Shown here: piece after piece, positions 11,040 through 20,212 of the stretch
How positions within the stretch are numbered: position 1 is the stretch's first letter
Layout of the letters: each line of letters begins with the position of its first letter
Assembly: GCA_036567745.1 (NCBI GenBank)
Contig: DATCTW010000018.1
Coordinates: forward strand, 194,665-258,664
DNA length: 64,000 bases
From: Ignavibacteria bacterium
Lineage (GTDB): Bacteria; Bacteroidota; Ignavibacteria; DATCTW01
Direction: 5' to 3'
Notes under the pieces: model-generated
Database searches by the model: none
Seen by the model: only the letters and a program-made list of their open reading frames with translations
Told to the model about the DNA's origin: nothing
Made by a program: the position numbers and the translations under genes

Positions 11040-11704
11040 ATTTCATCAGTAATTAATTTTTCAATTCTCGTTACTTTATAAATGTTATCAGATTTTCTTA
11101 ATTTCAAAAGAATATCATCGGGGCAATGACTATCTAATTTTAACAAAGCAAAGGTATCACCACGTGAAGCATCTCTGGTAACCTCTATATATGCAATATT
11201 GATATTTTCATTACCTAATAAAGTGCCAATAAAACCAACCATTCCGGGTACATCTTTATATGAAAGCAGTAAATATTCATGCCTTCCAGTAAATTCAACT
11301 TTATTTCCATTTATCTCGATAATGCTAACCTTGCCTCCGCCAATAGAAATACCACTCACTGAAAAAGGTTCATTATCACAAAAAACAATTCTAGCTAAAT
11401 TGGGATGTTTTTCTTCATCATAGTGATAATAAAAATTAATTTTTATCCCCTTCTTTTCTGCAATTTTTATAGAATTTACAACGTTCTCATCATCAATCTT
11501 CATACCAAGCAAACCACCAACAATGGCTTTATCAGTTCCATGCCCTTTACCAGTTGTAGCAAATGAATTATACAGATGAATTTCAACTTTACTGAAAGTA
11601 TTATCATAAATCTTTTTGGCATAAAAACCAATTCTTACAGCCCCTGCAGTATGTGAACTTGAAGGACCTATCATAATTGGACCCATTACATCAAAAATAC
11701 TCAA
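11036..11704 (-). CDS. sdaAB: L-serine dehydratase, beta subunit (with ACT domain)
   Basis: The N-terminus 'SIFDVMGPIMIGPSSSHTAGA' matches the SdaAB consensus. The track start is TTG at 11704, and an alternative ATG lies at 11686. Confidence 0.8.
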   Translation of the reverse strand: MSIFDVMGPIMIGPSSSHTAGAVRIGFYAKKIYDNTFSKVEIHLYNSFATTGKGHGTDKAIVGGLLGMKIDDENVVNSIKIAEKKGIKINFYYHYDEEKHPNLARIVFCDNEPFSVSGISIGGGKVSIIEINGNKVEFTGRHEYLLLSYKDVPGMVGFIGTLLGNENINIAYIEVTRDASRGDTFALLKLDSHCPDDILLKLRKSDNIYKVTRIEKLITDEI

Positions 11705-11722
11705 AACAGATACTCCCTATAT

Positions 11723-13069
11723 TTAAATTTTATTATACTTTTTAATATAAGCATTTATATCAAATTTATTTTTACAACCATTGTAGCTCATATATCTGAC
11801 CTTACCGTAAACTTGTTTACTAAACCATGCCCTATCGTGCACTCCTCCAATACTCCAGGCAATTCCGGTATAACCATTGGGATCTCTTCCATCAAGCTCA
11901 TATTTATCATTAAGGTATATAGCTATTTCCTGAGCTTCTTCAGGTGAATTTGTCCACTCCAGAATTTTTTTTGCCCAATACATTCTCATATAGCCATGCA
12001 TTTTACCTGTAGTAATCATCTCTATTTGTGCGGCATTCCATAAATTATCATGAGTTCTTGCTTCTTCAAAAGTTGATAACGAATAAACATATTCTCTTTT
12101 ATCTTTTCTATGCTCATCAAGTGTTTTTTTAGCCCATTCAGGGAAACCATTAAAATTGTCGTAATCATTACAATAATAACAATAATTATCACTCAACTCT
12201 TTTCTTACAATAAGCTCCTCTAAAAAAGAATCCTTTGATTTATTATTAATTGGTAATTTCTTTATCTCATAGGCAACTCTCTGCGAAGATATTTGCCCAA
12301 AATGCAGATACGGTGATAAATTTGATTGAGCATTTTCATTTGGATCATTTCGAAAATCATCATAATTTTTTAACTTATTAGAAATAAAGTCTGATAATAC
12401 TTTTTTTGCTTGCTTCTCTCCGGGTAAAATCCAATCTATTTTGCTAATAGATCTATTAACAGGTAAATGTTTTATTATCTCATCCCAAATATATTCTTCC
12501 TTTTCTAAACTTAAATTAAAAGGATGTTTTTTTAGTTCAGGATAGTCAGTCAAAAAGTTATCGATTTGTTTCATAATCTTTGGTCTTAAGGTATAAGCAG
12601 CAAATTCCTGCTTATCTGTAGCTACCCATATTGGTACAATATTATGTGCATCTACCTCATAGAATGGAATCGAAATTCTATCAATAATTTTTTGTTTCCA
12701 TTCCCTTTTTATTTTCAAAGGATCAAAATCAGTAATTAAAATTGATGCATCTACTTTATTAATAAATTTGATTATTTTTTCTTCAGGTAATCCTCGTAAT
12801 AAGAAAAAGGGGATGTTTTTCTTTTGCAATTCAATAGAGCATTCTTCTAATCCTTTTATCATGAAATCAAATTGCCTCAAACTTGCACCCAAAAAACGGC
12901 TAACAAGACAAAATACAACAGCTAATGGCCTTTTTTTACTTATAGCTAAATCCTGTGCAAATAGTAATGCCCAATTATCACTTACTCTCTGATCTCTACT
13001 CATCCAGTAAATAATTGGTCCATTGTTCTCTACTCCCTCTTTTAAAAGCCTTGCTCTTTTATTTAGCAT
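11723..13069 (-). CDS. phr: Deoxyribodipyrimidine (CPD) photolyase, class II
   Basis: ATG start. Class II photolyase signatures: 'ELIVRKELSDNY', 'THDNLWNAAQ', 'MHGYMRMYWAKKILEW', 'GYTGIAWSIGGVHDR'. Confidence 0.8.
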   Translation of the reverse strand: MLNKRARLLKEGVENNGPIIYWMSRDQRVSDNWALLFAQDLAISKKRPLAVVFCLVSRFLGASLRQFDFMIKGLEECSIELQKKNIPFFLLRGLPEEKIIKFINKVDASILITDFDPLKIKREWKQKIIDRISIPFYEVDAHNIVPIWVATDKQEFAAYTLRPKIMKQIDNFLTDYPELKKHPFNLSLEKEEYIWDEIIKHLPVNRSISKIDWILPGEKQAKKVLSDFISNKLKNYDDFRNDPNENAQSNLSPYLHFGQISSQRVAYEIKKLPINNKSKDSFLEELIVRKELSDNYCYYCNDYDNFNGFPEWAKKTLDEHRKDKREYVYSLSTFEEARTHDNLWNAAQIEMITTGKMHGYMRMYWAKKILEWTNSPEEAQEIAIYLNDKYELDGRDPNGYTGIAWSIGGVHDRAWFSKQVYGKVRYMSYNGCKNKFDINAYIKKYNKI

Positions 13070-13688
13070 AAAGCCCCCCTGAAACCTCTAGCCAGTCTGC
13101 AATATTTTCTACAGCTTTATTTATGTTATTATCAGAAATATCAATTGTAATTTTATTTAATTTACTCTTAGCTACCAAATTTGTCATTATTTCCTGTTCT
13201 TTCACAAAAAGATCGAGATCATCATATTGTTTTGGGTTACCTGATATTTTCAGTCTTTCTTTTCTAGCTTCAACAAATGATTCTTTACTCCGATAGCAAA
13301 AAACTAATCTGAAACCCAAATCACACAATTTACATTCCAACCAATCAAAATTATAATCTTTATTATATTTCATCTTTTGATACATCATTGTAGATAGATG
13401 AAACCTATCTACAATCCATGAATAATATTTTTGAAGTTCGAATAGTTTTGCCCACGTTGCGTAAGTTTCCATTGCAAGATTTTCTTCCTCTGGTAAAAAA
13501 TTTATTAATCCTCTTCCCCACGGAATATTTGTAAAAGCACACCATTCCGCAGAAATAAGGGGTGAATGATATCTATATTTTCTTGGACCTACAATTCTAG
13601 GATGTTCATTTAATGCGAATGCAATATCTGTCTTGAAAGTTAATCGAGTACCTTCAAGTATAATTTTTGGACATAATTTTTTACCCAT
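13059..13688 (-). CDS. Hypothetical protein, co-transcribed with photolyase (overlaps the phr start by 11 bp)
   Basis: The track ORF starts at TTG (13787), and its N-terminal extension runs into the first repeat element. The internal ATG at 13688 is preceded by a GGAG RBS and gives MGKKLCPKIILEGT.... I recognise no family. Confidence 0.45.
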   Translation of the reverse strand: MGKKLCPKIILEGTRLTFKTDIAFALNEHPRIVGPRKYRYHSPLISAEWCAFTNIPWGRGLINFLPEEENLAMETYATWAKLFELQKYYSWIVDRFHLSTMMYQKMKYNKDYNFDWLECKLCDLGFRLVFCYRSKESFVEARKERLKISGNPKQYDDLDLFVKEQEIMTNLVAKSKLNKITIDISDNNINKAVENIADWLEVSGGLYAK

Positions 13689-13787
13689 TATACCTGCTCC
13701 ATTTATTAGAATAAATAAAAATAAATATCCTTTAAAATAGCAATTCAGATTATTATACATATAATTTTTTATGGTCAAATTTCTCAA

Positions 13788-14910
13788 GATACGTGTCAGG
13801 GCTACGCCCCTAAAACATTATTCTACAATTTTATCTACAAACATTTCGGTGCTACGCACCTTTTATTTTTACAAAACGGGAATGATTCGTTTGTATGAGG
13901 GGCAGAGCCCCTATATGTTTGTAGAAATGCAAACGAAATAATATAAAGCACCATAGGTGCGACATGTCTACAAACATTTCTGTGCTACGCACCTTTTTTT
14001 ACGAAACGGGAATGATACGGTTTGTATTAGGGGCAGAGCCCCGATATGTTTGTAGAAATGTGAATGAAAATAAATATAGCACCGTAGGTGCGACATGTCT
14101 ACAAACATTTCTATGCTACGCACCTTTTATTTTTACGAAACGGGAATACATTAACAACATTCAATTATATTTAGGGGCAGAGCCTCGATATGTCTGTAGA
14201 AATGTAAACGAAAACGTATCAAGCACCGTAGGTGCGATACGTTTCAGGGCTACGCCCCTAAAAAATCATTCTTGCTATTTTTCTACAAACATCTCGGTGC
14301 TATCGCACCTTATATTTTTACAAAACGGGAATGATACGGTTTGTATTAAGGGCAGAGCCCCGATATGTTTGTAGAAATATGAATTAAAACATATAAAGCA
14401 CCGTAGGTGCGACACGTAAATAAACGTGTCAACCATCTTATCTACAAACATTTCGGTGCTATCGCACCTTATATTTTTACGAAACGTGAATGATTCGGTT
14501 GTATTAGGGGCAGAGCCCTGATATGTCTGTAGAAATGCAAACGAAAACAGATAAAGCACCGTAGGTGCGACACGTATCAGGGCTACGCCCCTAAAAAATC
14601 ATTCTTACCATTTTATCTACAAACATTTCGGTGCTATCGCACCTTTTTTATTTACAAAACGTGAATGATTCAGTTGTATTAGGGGCAGAGCCCCGATATG
14701 TTTGTAGAAATATGAATTAAAACATATAAAGCACCGTAGGTGCGACACGTAAATAAACGTGTCAACCATCTTATCTACAAACATCTCGGTGCTATCGCAC
14801 CTTTTTTATTTACAAAACGTGAATGATTCGGTTGTATTAGGGGCAGAGCCCCGATATGTTTGTAGAAATGTGAATGAAAACAGATAAAGCACCGTAGGTG
14901 CGACACGTAT
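13788..14910 (+). repeat. Tandem array (array 1) of about 7 copies of a hairpin-dense repeat of about 130 bp, with two kinds of short palindromic linkers
   Basis: Unit consensus: CTACAAACATTTCGGTGCTAYCGCACC-TTTTATTTTTACRAAACGKGAATGATWCGGTTTGTATTA-GGGGCAGAGCCCCGATATGTTTGTAG-AAATRTGAATKAAAACAKATAA-AGCACCGTAGGTGCGACAYGT. Each unit contains GC-rich 5-bp stems with 3-nt loops (GGTGC-TAC-GCACC, GGGGC-AGA-GCCCC, GCACC-GTA-GGTGC). A longer inverted repeat CTACAAACAT...ATGTTTGTAG frames the central hairpin. Linkers are 'TCAGGGCTACGCCCCTAAAAAATCATTCTT...' or 'AAATAAACGTGTCAACCATCTTAT', where GACACG-TAAATAAA-CGTGTC is itself a hairpin. Units 3-4 plus linkers are re-duplicated as units 5-6 plus linkers, giving a higher-order repeat of about 300 bp. 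Confidence 0.9.
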
Positions 14911-14924
14911 ATTTTATTGATAAA

Positions 14925-14943
14925 TTTGACAAAATGTGTCAAA
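14925..14943. promoter_or_regulatory. Perfect inverted repeat TTTGACA-AAATG-TGTCAAA, a candidate operator or promoter element upstream of the DUF4373 gene
   Basis: It is seen directly in the sequence, 65 bp upstream of the ATG at 15008. TTGACA also matches a -35 hexamer. Confidence 0.4.
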
Positions 14944-15007
14944 CAAGATAAGAATTTATTTTTTATTTTATGCTCTGGTAAAATAAAAAAATATTACGGA
15001 GGGGATT

Positions 15008-16234
15008 ATGCAATATTTTTCTCATAAAGTTGAATCTAGAAGAGATGAAAAGATAGATGCACTTATAGAAGAGTTTGGGGCAGAAGGTTATGCTGTATGG
15101 TTTGCTTTGCTTGAGGAGATATCACAGGAACAGAAGAACTTGTATATGTTATTTGTTTCAAGAAGATGGCTTGATACTTTCTCTATTTCCTTGAAAATGA
15201 GGAAATCTAAGGTAAGAAAAATATTAGATAGATTAGCAAACTTTGATATGATTGATTATGATTTGTATCAAGAAGGTATTATATTTTCACAAAAATTTAT
15301 TAAGATTCAACGAAGTTATATACAAAAAATATTCAAAAATGGAAATAATTCTGTAGAAAGTTGTATGGAAAGTGTAAAAAAGCTATTCAAAATAAAAAAA
15401 GGAAAATCAAATAAAACAATGACTTATGATGATTTTTTTCTGAAATTATGCAGAATTAGAGATGAAATAATCTATCCTATAAAGAAAAGAATAGAAAAGA
15501 ATAATAAAGAAATAGAAGATAATAATAATAATGCAAAATCTAATGAAAAAAAGGGAGATATTGAAACAAAAGAAACTACAGAAAAAGCGACAAAATATGA
15601 TAAAGGTAATAAACAAAAAATTTTGTTATTTCGGAAAAGTGATTGGCAATATTTAATATCAGAAAAGTTATACGAAGAAGTAAAGAAGCGAGATTCTACG
15701 TTTCCGAGTGTAAATTTACAGACATGGGCAAATACGTTTAACATGATATCGAAGGAGCGGAATATCGAAGAGATTGAAAAAGTTATGGAATACAGTCAAA
15801 AGCACCCGTTTTGGTCTGGAATAATAATCTCACCAAATGATTTATGGAATAATTTTGCAAAGATAAAACAAGCGATGATAAATAACACAGAGAAATCAAC
15901 ATATAGTTATGAAGAGATGCAACTTGCGATGATGAAGCAGAAAAGAAGCAAGAATGATTTTATTGCATGTATTGATGAAAAAGGTGAAATAATTTACTGG
16001 GATAAAAGTAAAGGTAACTGCCCATACAGGATATATGAACAGAAGGAAAATATCGAAGCAGTAATAGACAATGTGAAAGAAAATAAATCAATGGTGTGGA
16101 ATATTTCAAAACAAGGAATAAAATTACCTGAAGATTGGCACTATAGAGAGATAATACATGGTAAAAAGGAATATCAATACTCCGGTTTAAAAATAACCTT
16201 CGATTCCCCTTTTGCAGATGATAATCATATTTAA
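15008..16234 (+). CDS. DUF4373 (Lin1244/Lin1753-like N-terminal domain) protein; replication-initiator-like protein typical of phage and plasmid replication modules
   Basis: ATG start with a GGAGGGG RBS. The N-terminus 'MQYFSHKVESRRDEKIDALIEEFGAEGYAVWFALLEEI' matches the DUF4373 signature (YFSHD...D.KI..L....G..GYG.Y..LLE.I). There is a low-complexity K/E/N-rich central linker. Confidence 0.55.
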   Translation: MQYFSHKVESRRDEKIDALIEEFGAEGYAVWFALLEEISQEQKNLYMLFVSRRWLDTFSISLKMRKSKVRKILDRLANFDMIDYDLYQEGIIFSQKFIKIQRSYIQKIFKNGNNSVESCMESVKKLFKIKKGKSNKTMTYDDFFLKLCRIRDEIIYPIKKRIEKNNKEIEDNNNNAKSNEKKGDIETKETTEKATKYDKGNKQKILLFRKSDWQYLISEKLYEEVKKRDSTFPSVNLQTWANTFNMISKERNIEEIEKVMEYSQKHPFWSGIIISPNDLWNNFAKIKQAMINNTEKSTYSYEEMQLAMMKQKRSKNDFIACIDEKGEIIYWDKSKGNCPYRIYEQKENIEAVIDNVKENKSMVWNISKQGIKLPEDWHYREIIHGKKEYQYSGLKITFDSPFADDNHI

Positions 16235-16300
16235 CAAAAAAATTAATTTTATGTTTTGAAATGCAATTTTTAAATAATAATATTAAGCAGAATTAAAATG

Positions 16301-17428
16301 TTATTTTAATAAAGGTTCTGTGAGTGCTTTATTATAAATTGATAGCAGTTTATCGGTATAATATTCTAGATCAAAATATTCTATTGCTCTTTTGCGTGCA
16401 TTTTTTCCAAAATTAATTCTTGTTTCTTTACTTAAAATTAATTTTTCAAGATTATCAGTAAAATCTTGAGCATTCTGTTTTTCAAACAAATAAGATGTAA
16501 CACCATCAACAGCTATATCAAGTACCCCATCAGATGCTGAACAAACTGATGGTTTTTCCATAGACATAGCCTCTACCAGAGCTATCCCAAAGGCTTCGGA
16601 ATGAGAAGGAAAAGCAAAAATATCAAGAGCAGCTAAAACCTCAGGTGTATCTTTTCTGAACCCTGTAAAAATCACAATATCTTCAATTGAATAATCTTTT
16701 ACCATTTGTTTTATTTTATCTGCATATTCATCTTCACCTCTTGAAGGCTCACCGATAATCATAAATTTTAGGTTTTTATACTTTTTCTTTAACTCTCTGG
16801 CTGCGTATAGAAACTCTTCATGCCCCTTACCCCAACTGAACCTTGCAAGCATACCAATTAAAATATCATCATCAGAAATATTAAATTCATTACGTACCTT
16901 TTTAGAATCAACTTTTTGTGGATCAAATCTACCAGTATCAACAGCATTGTGAAGCAATAAAATTTTATCTTTATTTAAAGGGCAAGTATCATATAAATTT
17001 TGAGCAATAACATTACTAATTGCTAAAGCATAGTTTAATCTATTATAAATCCATTTATGAAAAATATCCTTTTTGATTATGAATGAACCAACTTGCTTTG
17101 TCAATAATATTGGTGTAACAAGTTTTCTTATTTTTAATGCAGGTACTAAAACCCATAAATCTTTTGAAGCTTGAGTATGTATGATATCAAAATTATTTTT
17201 TTTCAATAAAGAAGAAACATTTATAATTTCTTTTGGATGAAAATAACCAGAGGCTTTACAGGTATGAATTGGAACGTTTAAAGATTTTGCTTCTTGATGT
17301 ATTCTTGAATTCGGATAAACTAAAAACTCTACCTGATTATTTCTTTTTAATAAATATCTGGCTGTGGTAATGGTAAACATCTCCATACCACCCCATGATT
17401 GAGAAAGACAGGACTTTAAAATTTTCAT
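16301..17428 (-). CDS. Glycosyltransferase, family 4 (GT-B fold; GT1 superfamily)
   Basis: The C-terminal GT4 motif 'SHSEAFGIALVEAMSMEKPSVCSASDGVLDIAV' and 'MLARFSWGKGHEEF' are present. The start codon lies 1 bp after the stop of the upstream SDR gene, which suggests an operon. Confidence 0.75.
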   Translation of the reverse strand: MKILKSCLSQSWGGMEMFTITTARYLLKRNNQVEFLVYPNSRIHQEAKSLNVPIHTCKASGYFHPKEIINVSSLLKKNNFDIIHTQASKDLWVLVPALKIRKLVTPILLTKQVGSFIIKKDIFHKWIYNRLNYALAISNVIAQNLYDTCPLNKDKILLLHNAVDTGRFDPQKVDSKKVRNEFNISDDDILIGMLARFSWGKGHEEFLYAARELKKKYKNLKFMIIGEPSRGEDEYADKIKQMVKDYSIEDIVIFTGFRKDTPEVLAALDIFAFPSHSEAFGIALVEAMSMEKPSVCSASDGVLDIAVDGVTSYLFEKQNAQDFTDNLEKLILSKETRINFGKNARKRAIEYFDLEYYTDKLLSIYNKALTEPLLK

Positions 17429-17429
17429 T

Positions 17430-18200
17430 TTATGATTTTCTATTTATAACCATAGTAGAAGCCTGGTCAGTAGCCATAATCATCATATCGTGAATACTAA
17501 CATGTTTAGGTCTGGTAGCACAAAATAGACAGGCTTCAGCTACATCCATAGCTGTAAGAGGTGTCCAACCCTCATATACTTTTTTTGCTCTTTCAGCATC
17601 TCCCTTAAACCTAACCAAAGAAAATTCAGTTTCAACCATTCCGGGATCTATATTACTTACTCTTACTCCAGTACCATTCAAATCTATTTGTAGAGCTCTT
17701 GAAATAGTTCTTACGGCAGCTTTTGTTGTGCAATAAATATTACCACCAGGATACACTTCCCTACCGGCAATAGAAGCGATATTTATAATTATACCATCAT
17801 TCTTTTGTATCATTATTGGAAGAATAAGACGAGTAAAAGTCAGAAGTCCTTTTATATTTGTATCGATCATCTCATCCCAATCTTCAAAATTTCCATCTTG
17901 AATTTTACCTAAACCTCGAGCTAAACCTGCATTATTTATGAGAATATCAACATTTTTAAAGTAATCAGGTAAATCAGATATTGCTTTCTTGCAAGCCTCT
18001 CTATCCCTTACATCAAGCTTTATGATATGAGTCTTAACGCCATATTTTTCATTTAATTCTTTAGAAACTTTTTTTAGAGTTTCTTCTCTTCTCGCTACCA
18101 GAATTAAATCAGAACCTTCTGAGGCAAATAATTCAGCGCAAGCCAGACCAATTCCAGCAGAGGCGCCGGTAATTAATGTAATTTTGTTTTTTAATTTCAT
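17430..18200 (-). CDS. Short-chain dehydrogenase/reductase (SDR) family NAD(P)-dependent oxidoreductase
   Basis: 'ITGASAGIG' Rossmann motif, 'NAG' and the catalytic 'YCTTKAAV' (YxxxK). Confidence 0.85.
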   Translation of the reverse strand: MKLKNKITLITGASAGIGLACAELFASEGSDLILVARREETLKKVSKELNEKYGVKTHIIKLDVRDREACKKAISDLPDYFKNVDILINNAGLARGLGKIQDGNFEDWDEMIDTNIKGLLTFTRLILPIMIQKNDGIIINIASIAGREVYPGGNIYCTTKAAVRTISRALQIDLNGTGVRVSNIDPGMVETEFSLVRFKGDAERAKKVYEGWTPLTAMDVAEACLFCATRPKHVSIHDMMIMATDQASTMVINRKS

Positions 18201-18206
18201 TTTAAT

Positions 18207-18536
18207 TTACCATTTTTTAAAAATAAAAAATACTGCCAATACTATTAAAGCAAAACCTACAAGGTAATTCCATTTAAATTCTTCTTTAAGATATAAAACT
18301 GAGAATATTCCAAATATTACTAAAGTAATAACTTCTTGTATAGTTTTTAATTCAGCTGCAGAAAATTTACCATAACCTAAACGGTTAGCAGGAACTTGAA
18401 AACAGTATTCAAAAAAAGCTATTAACCAGCTAATTACTATAGTCCAGAATATTGGTGCATCTTTATGTTTGAGATGACCATACCATGCAAAGGTCATAAA
18501 TACATTTGATATTGTTAAAAGAACTATTGTTCGCAA
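18207..18536 (-). CDS. Small 4-TM membrane protein of the DMT superfamily, about 100 aa (DUF486/ArnE-ArnF-like half transporter)
   Basis: It is hydrophobic, about 96-109 aa, with four predicted TM segments. The track start is TTG, and an internal ATG lies at 18497. It appears to be in an operon with the SDR and GT4 genes. Confidence 0.45.
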   Translation of the reverse strand: MRTIVLLTISNVFMTFAWYGHLKHKDAPIFWTIVISWLIAFFEYCFQVPANRLGYGKFSAAELKTIQEVITLVIFGIFSVLYLKEEFKWNYLVGFALIVLAVFFIFKKW

Positions 18537-18744
18537 AAAATATAACCCTCATATAATTAAACATATCTATATAATATACTTAATTAATCAAAATTTTTCA
18601 ATGCAAAAAATTCAATTTATATTAAATGAAGAAATGCTAAAGAGAGAAAAAATAATACTTTTGATATATTAAAAATAAAATAATTCTTTAGATTATTCTT
18701 TTTCGTGATTCTTAATGATAAATATTAATTAAAATAAATCTGAT

Positions 18745-19779
18745 TTAATATCTTTTTCCAAATTCTTCAATATATTTCAAATAATGATGAACTGATTGAA
18801 TAGGCACAGTATATGGTATATGATTACCAACAGCAAAAAAATATCCAGGTAGGTTTTTACCAATATCTGCACATCTTTTTACTTCATTTTTAATATCAAT
18901 TTCTGAACCCGATTGCAATATTCTTGAATCAATATTACCCATTAAAACATGAGTTTTACCACATTTCTTTGCTAGTAATTCCAAATTAGTTAAAGGTTCA
19001 AAAATAAAGCCATCAAAACCAATTTCAATTAAATCATCTATAAAAACATCAAAATTACCATCTGCACAAAACAAAACTAAAATATTATTTGATTTCAACA
19101 AATCTACTATTTTCTTTTGTCTCGGAAAAATATATTTTTTCATCCATTCAGGAGAAAATGCTGGACCACTAGCCCAAACAATATCATCATGAAATAGATA
19201 TACTGGAACGTTTGCTTTAATATGAGCAGTTGCTACTAATAAAGTAATTTCTGTAAATTGATCAAGTATCTTTTCAAATTTTTTCATATTATCTTTTGCA
19301 GCCAACATAAAGAGCTCCCAGCCAAAAGTAACAATATTCCATGTGAATACAGAATTATAAAATCCACCAGGGAATACTGCGTCAGGATACATTTTCAACC
19401 CTTTTGAATAATATGTTTTAACCTCATCGACCAGCTCATCCATCGAAGGAATCGAAGCAGATTCAAGTGGGTTAAAGGATAAAACTTCATCTACAGAATT
19501 AAAAGGATAAAAGGATTCCCATGGCACTTCTGTTTCAGTAAATTTCGCTCTTCCCATGTCAGTTCTTGGCAATTTCCAATCACGTGAAAAAGTTGACCAG
19601 ATAAAATCATAATTTAATTTTAATGCAAGCATTGATTTAGCTTTATCGACTTCATCAATATTTTCTATATCAAAACCGGTTACTTCTAAAATAAATTGTC
19701 TATGTGAAATGTATTCTGTATGAGGAATGCGTGCAGGCATCTTTAGATTCAGAGCATTCCATCCATCGTTATAACTCAT
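18745..19779 (-). CDS. Uroporphyrinogen decarboxylase (URO-D) family protein (MtaA/CmuA-like fold)
   Basis: It is 344 aa with an ATG start. 'LFHDDIVWASGPAFSPEWMKKYIFP' and 'LFCADGNFDVFIDDLIEIGFDGFIFEP' resemble conserved URO-D family blocks. Weak call. Confidence 0.4.
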   Translation of the reverse strand: MSYNDGWNALNLKMPARIPHTEYISHRQFILEVTGFDIENIDEVDKAKSMLALKLNYDFIWSTFSRDWKLPRTDMGRAKFTETEVPWESFYPFNSVDEVLSFNPLESASIPSMDELVDEVKTYYSKGLKMYPDAVFPGGFYNSVFTWNIVTFGWELFMLAAKDNMKKFEKILDQFTEITLLVATAHIKANVPVYLFHDDIVWASGPAFSPEWMKKYIFPRQKKIVDLLKSNNILVLFCADGNFDVFIDDLIEIGFDGFIFEPLTNLELLAKKCGKTHVLMGNIDSRILQSGSEIDIKNEVKRCADIGKNLPGYFFAVGNHIPYTVPIQSVHHYLKYIEEFGKRY

Positions 19780-19791
19780 AATAAACCCTGA

Positions 19792-20175
19792 TTAGTTATT
19801 AAAAGCCTTCAAATAAAATCTTGGTATTTCAACAAAAAAGATCGAGCCATCTTCTCTTTTCATATGAAACCCACCTTCCATAAACCCTTCAAAAGATTTA
19901 AGAATGCAGAAACTATTGTATGTATAATATGAACCACTTTCAATTACCGGTTGCTCACCAACAACACCATCACCAGTAACTTCATAATCTTCAGAGCCAT
20001 CATCGTGAATGTACCAATATCTTTTAACAAGCTGAATTCTTGAAGGAGTGTTATTTACAATTGTAATAAAATAAGCAAAAAAGAATTGATGCTCTAAAAT
20101 ATTTGACCTTTGTTCAATAAAAAAAGGTCTAACCTCAACCTGTACATTTTCAGTTATTGCAATATACTTAATCAT
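19792..20175 (-). CDS. apaG: ApaG (DUF525) protein
   Basis: It is 127 aa. The ApaG core matches: 'VKRYWYIHDDGSEDYEVTGDGVVGEQPVIESGSYYTYNSFCIL...GFMEGGFHM...IFFVEIPRFYL'. Confidence 0.7.
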   Translation of the reverse strand: MIKYIAITENVQVEVRPFFIEQRSNILEHQFFFAYFITIVNNTPSRIQLVKRYWYIHDDGSEDYEVTGDGVVGEQPVIESGSYYTYNSFCILKSFEGFMEGGFHMKREDGSIFFVEIPRFYLKAFNN

Positions 20176-20212
20176 TTTTTATTCCTAACAATATTAAATT
20201 CATACTATATAA

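Noticed and set aside
13964-14559. Track ORFs 13964..14374 (+) and 14275..14559 (-) with internally repeated peptides (GAEPRYVCRNVNEN...)
   Set aside because: They are artefacts of translating the tandem DNA repeats. The peptide repetition simply mirrors the nucleotide periodicity, and the same holds for 45819..46010 and 46116..46301 in array 2.
13788-14910. Possible CRISPR array (periodic GC-rich palindromic repeats)
   Set aside because: The segments between the conserved hairpins are themselves repeated, in three recurring variants. The period is about 130-170 bp rather than 60-75 bp. No cas genes are nearby. This is a tandem structured repeat, not a repeat-spacer array.
14925-14954. Sigma70-type -35/-10 promoter call from TTGACA at 14926
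   Set aside because: The sequence at the expected -10 position (TAAGAA) is poor, and FCB-group organisms use a different consensus. I report it only as a palindromic candidate operator.
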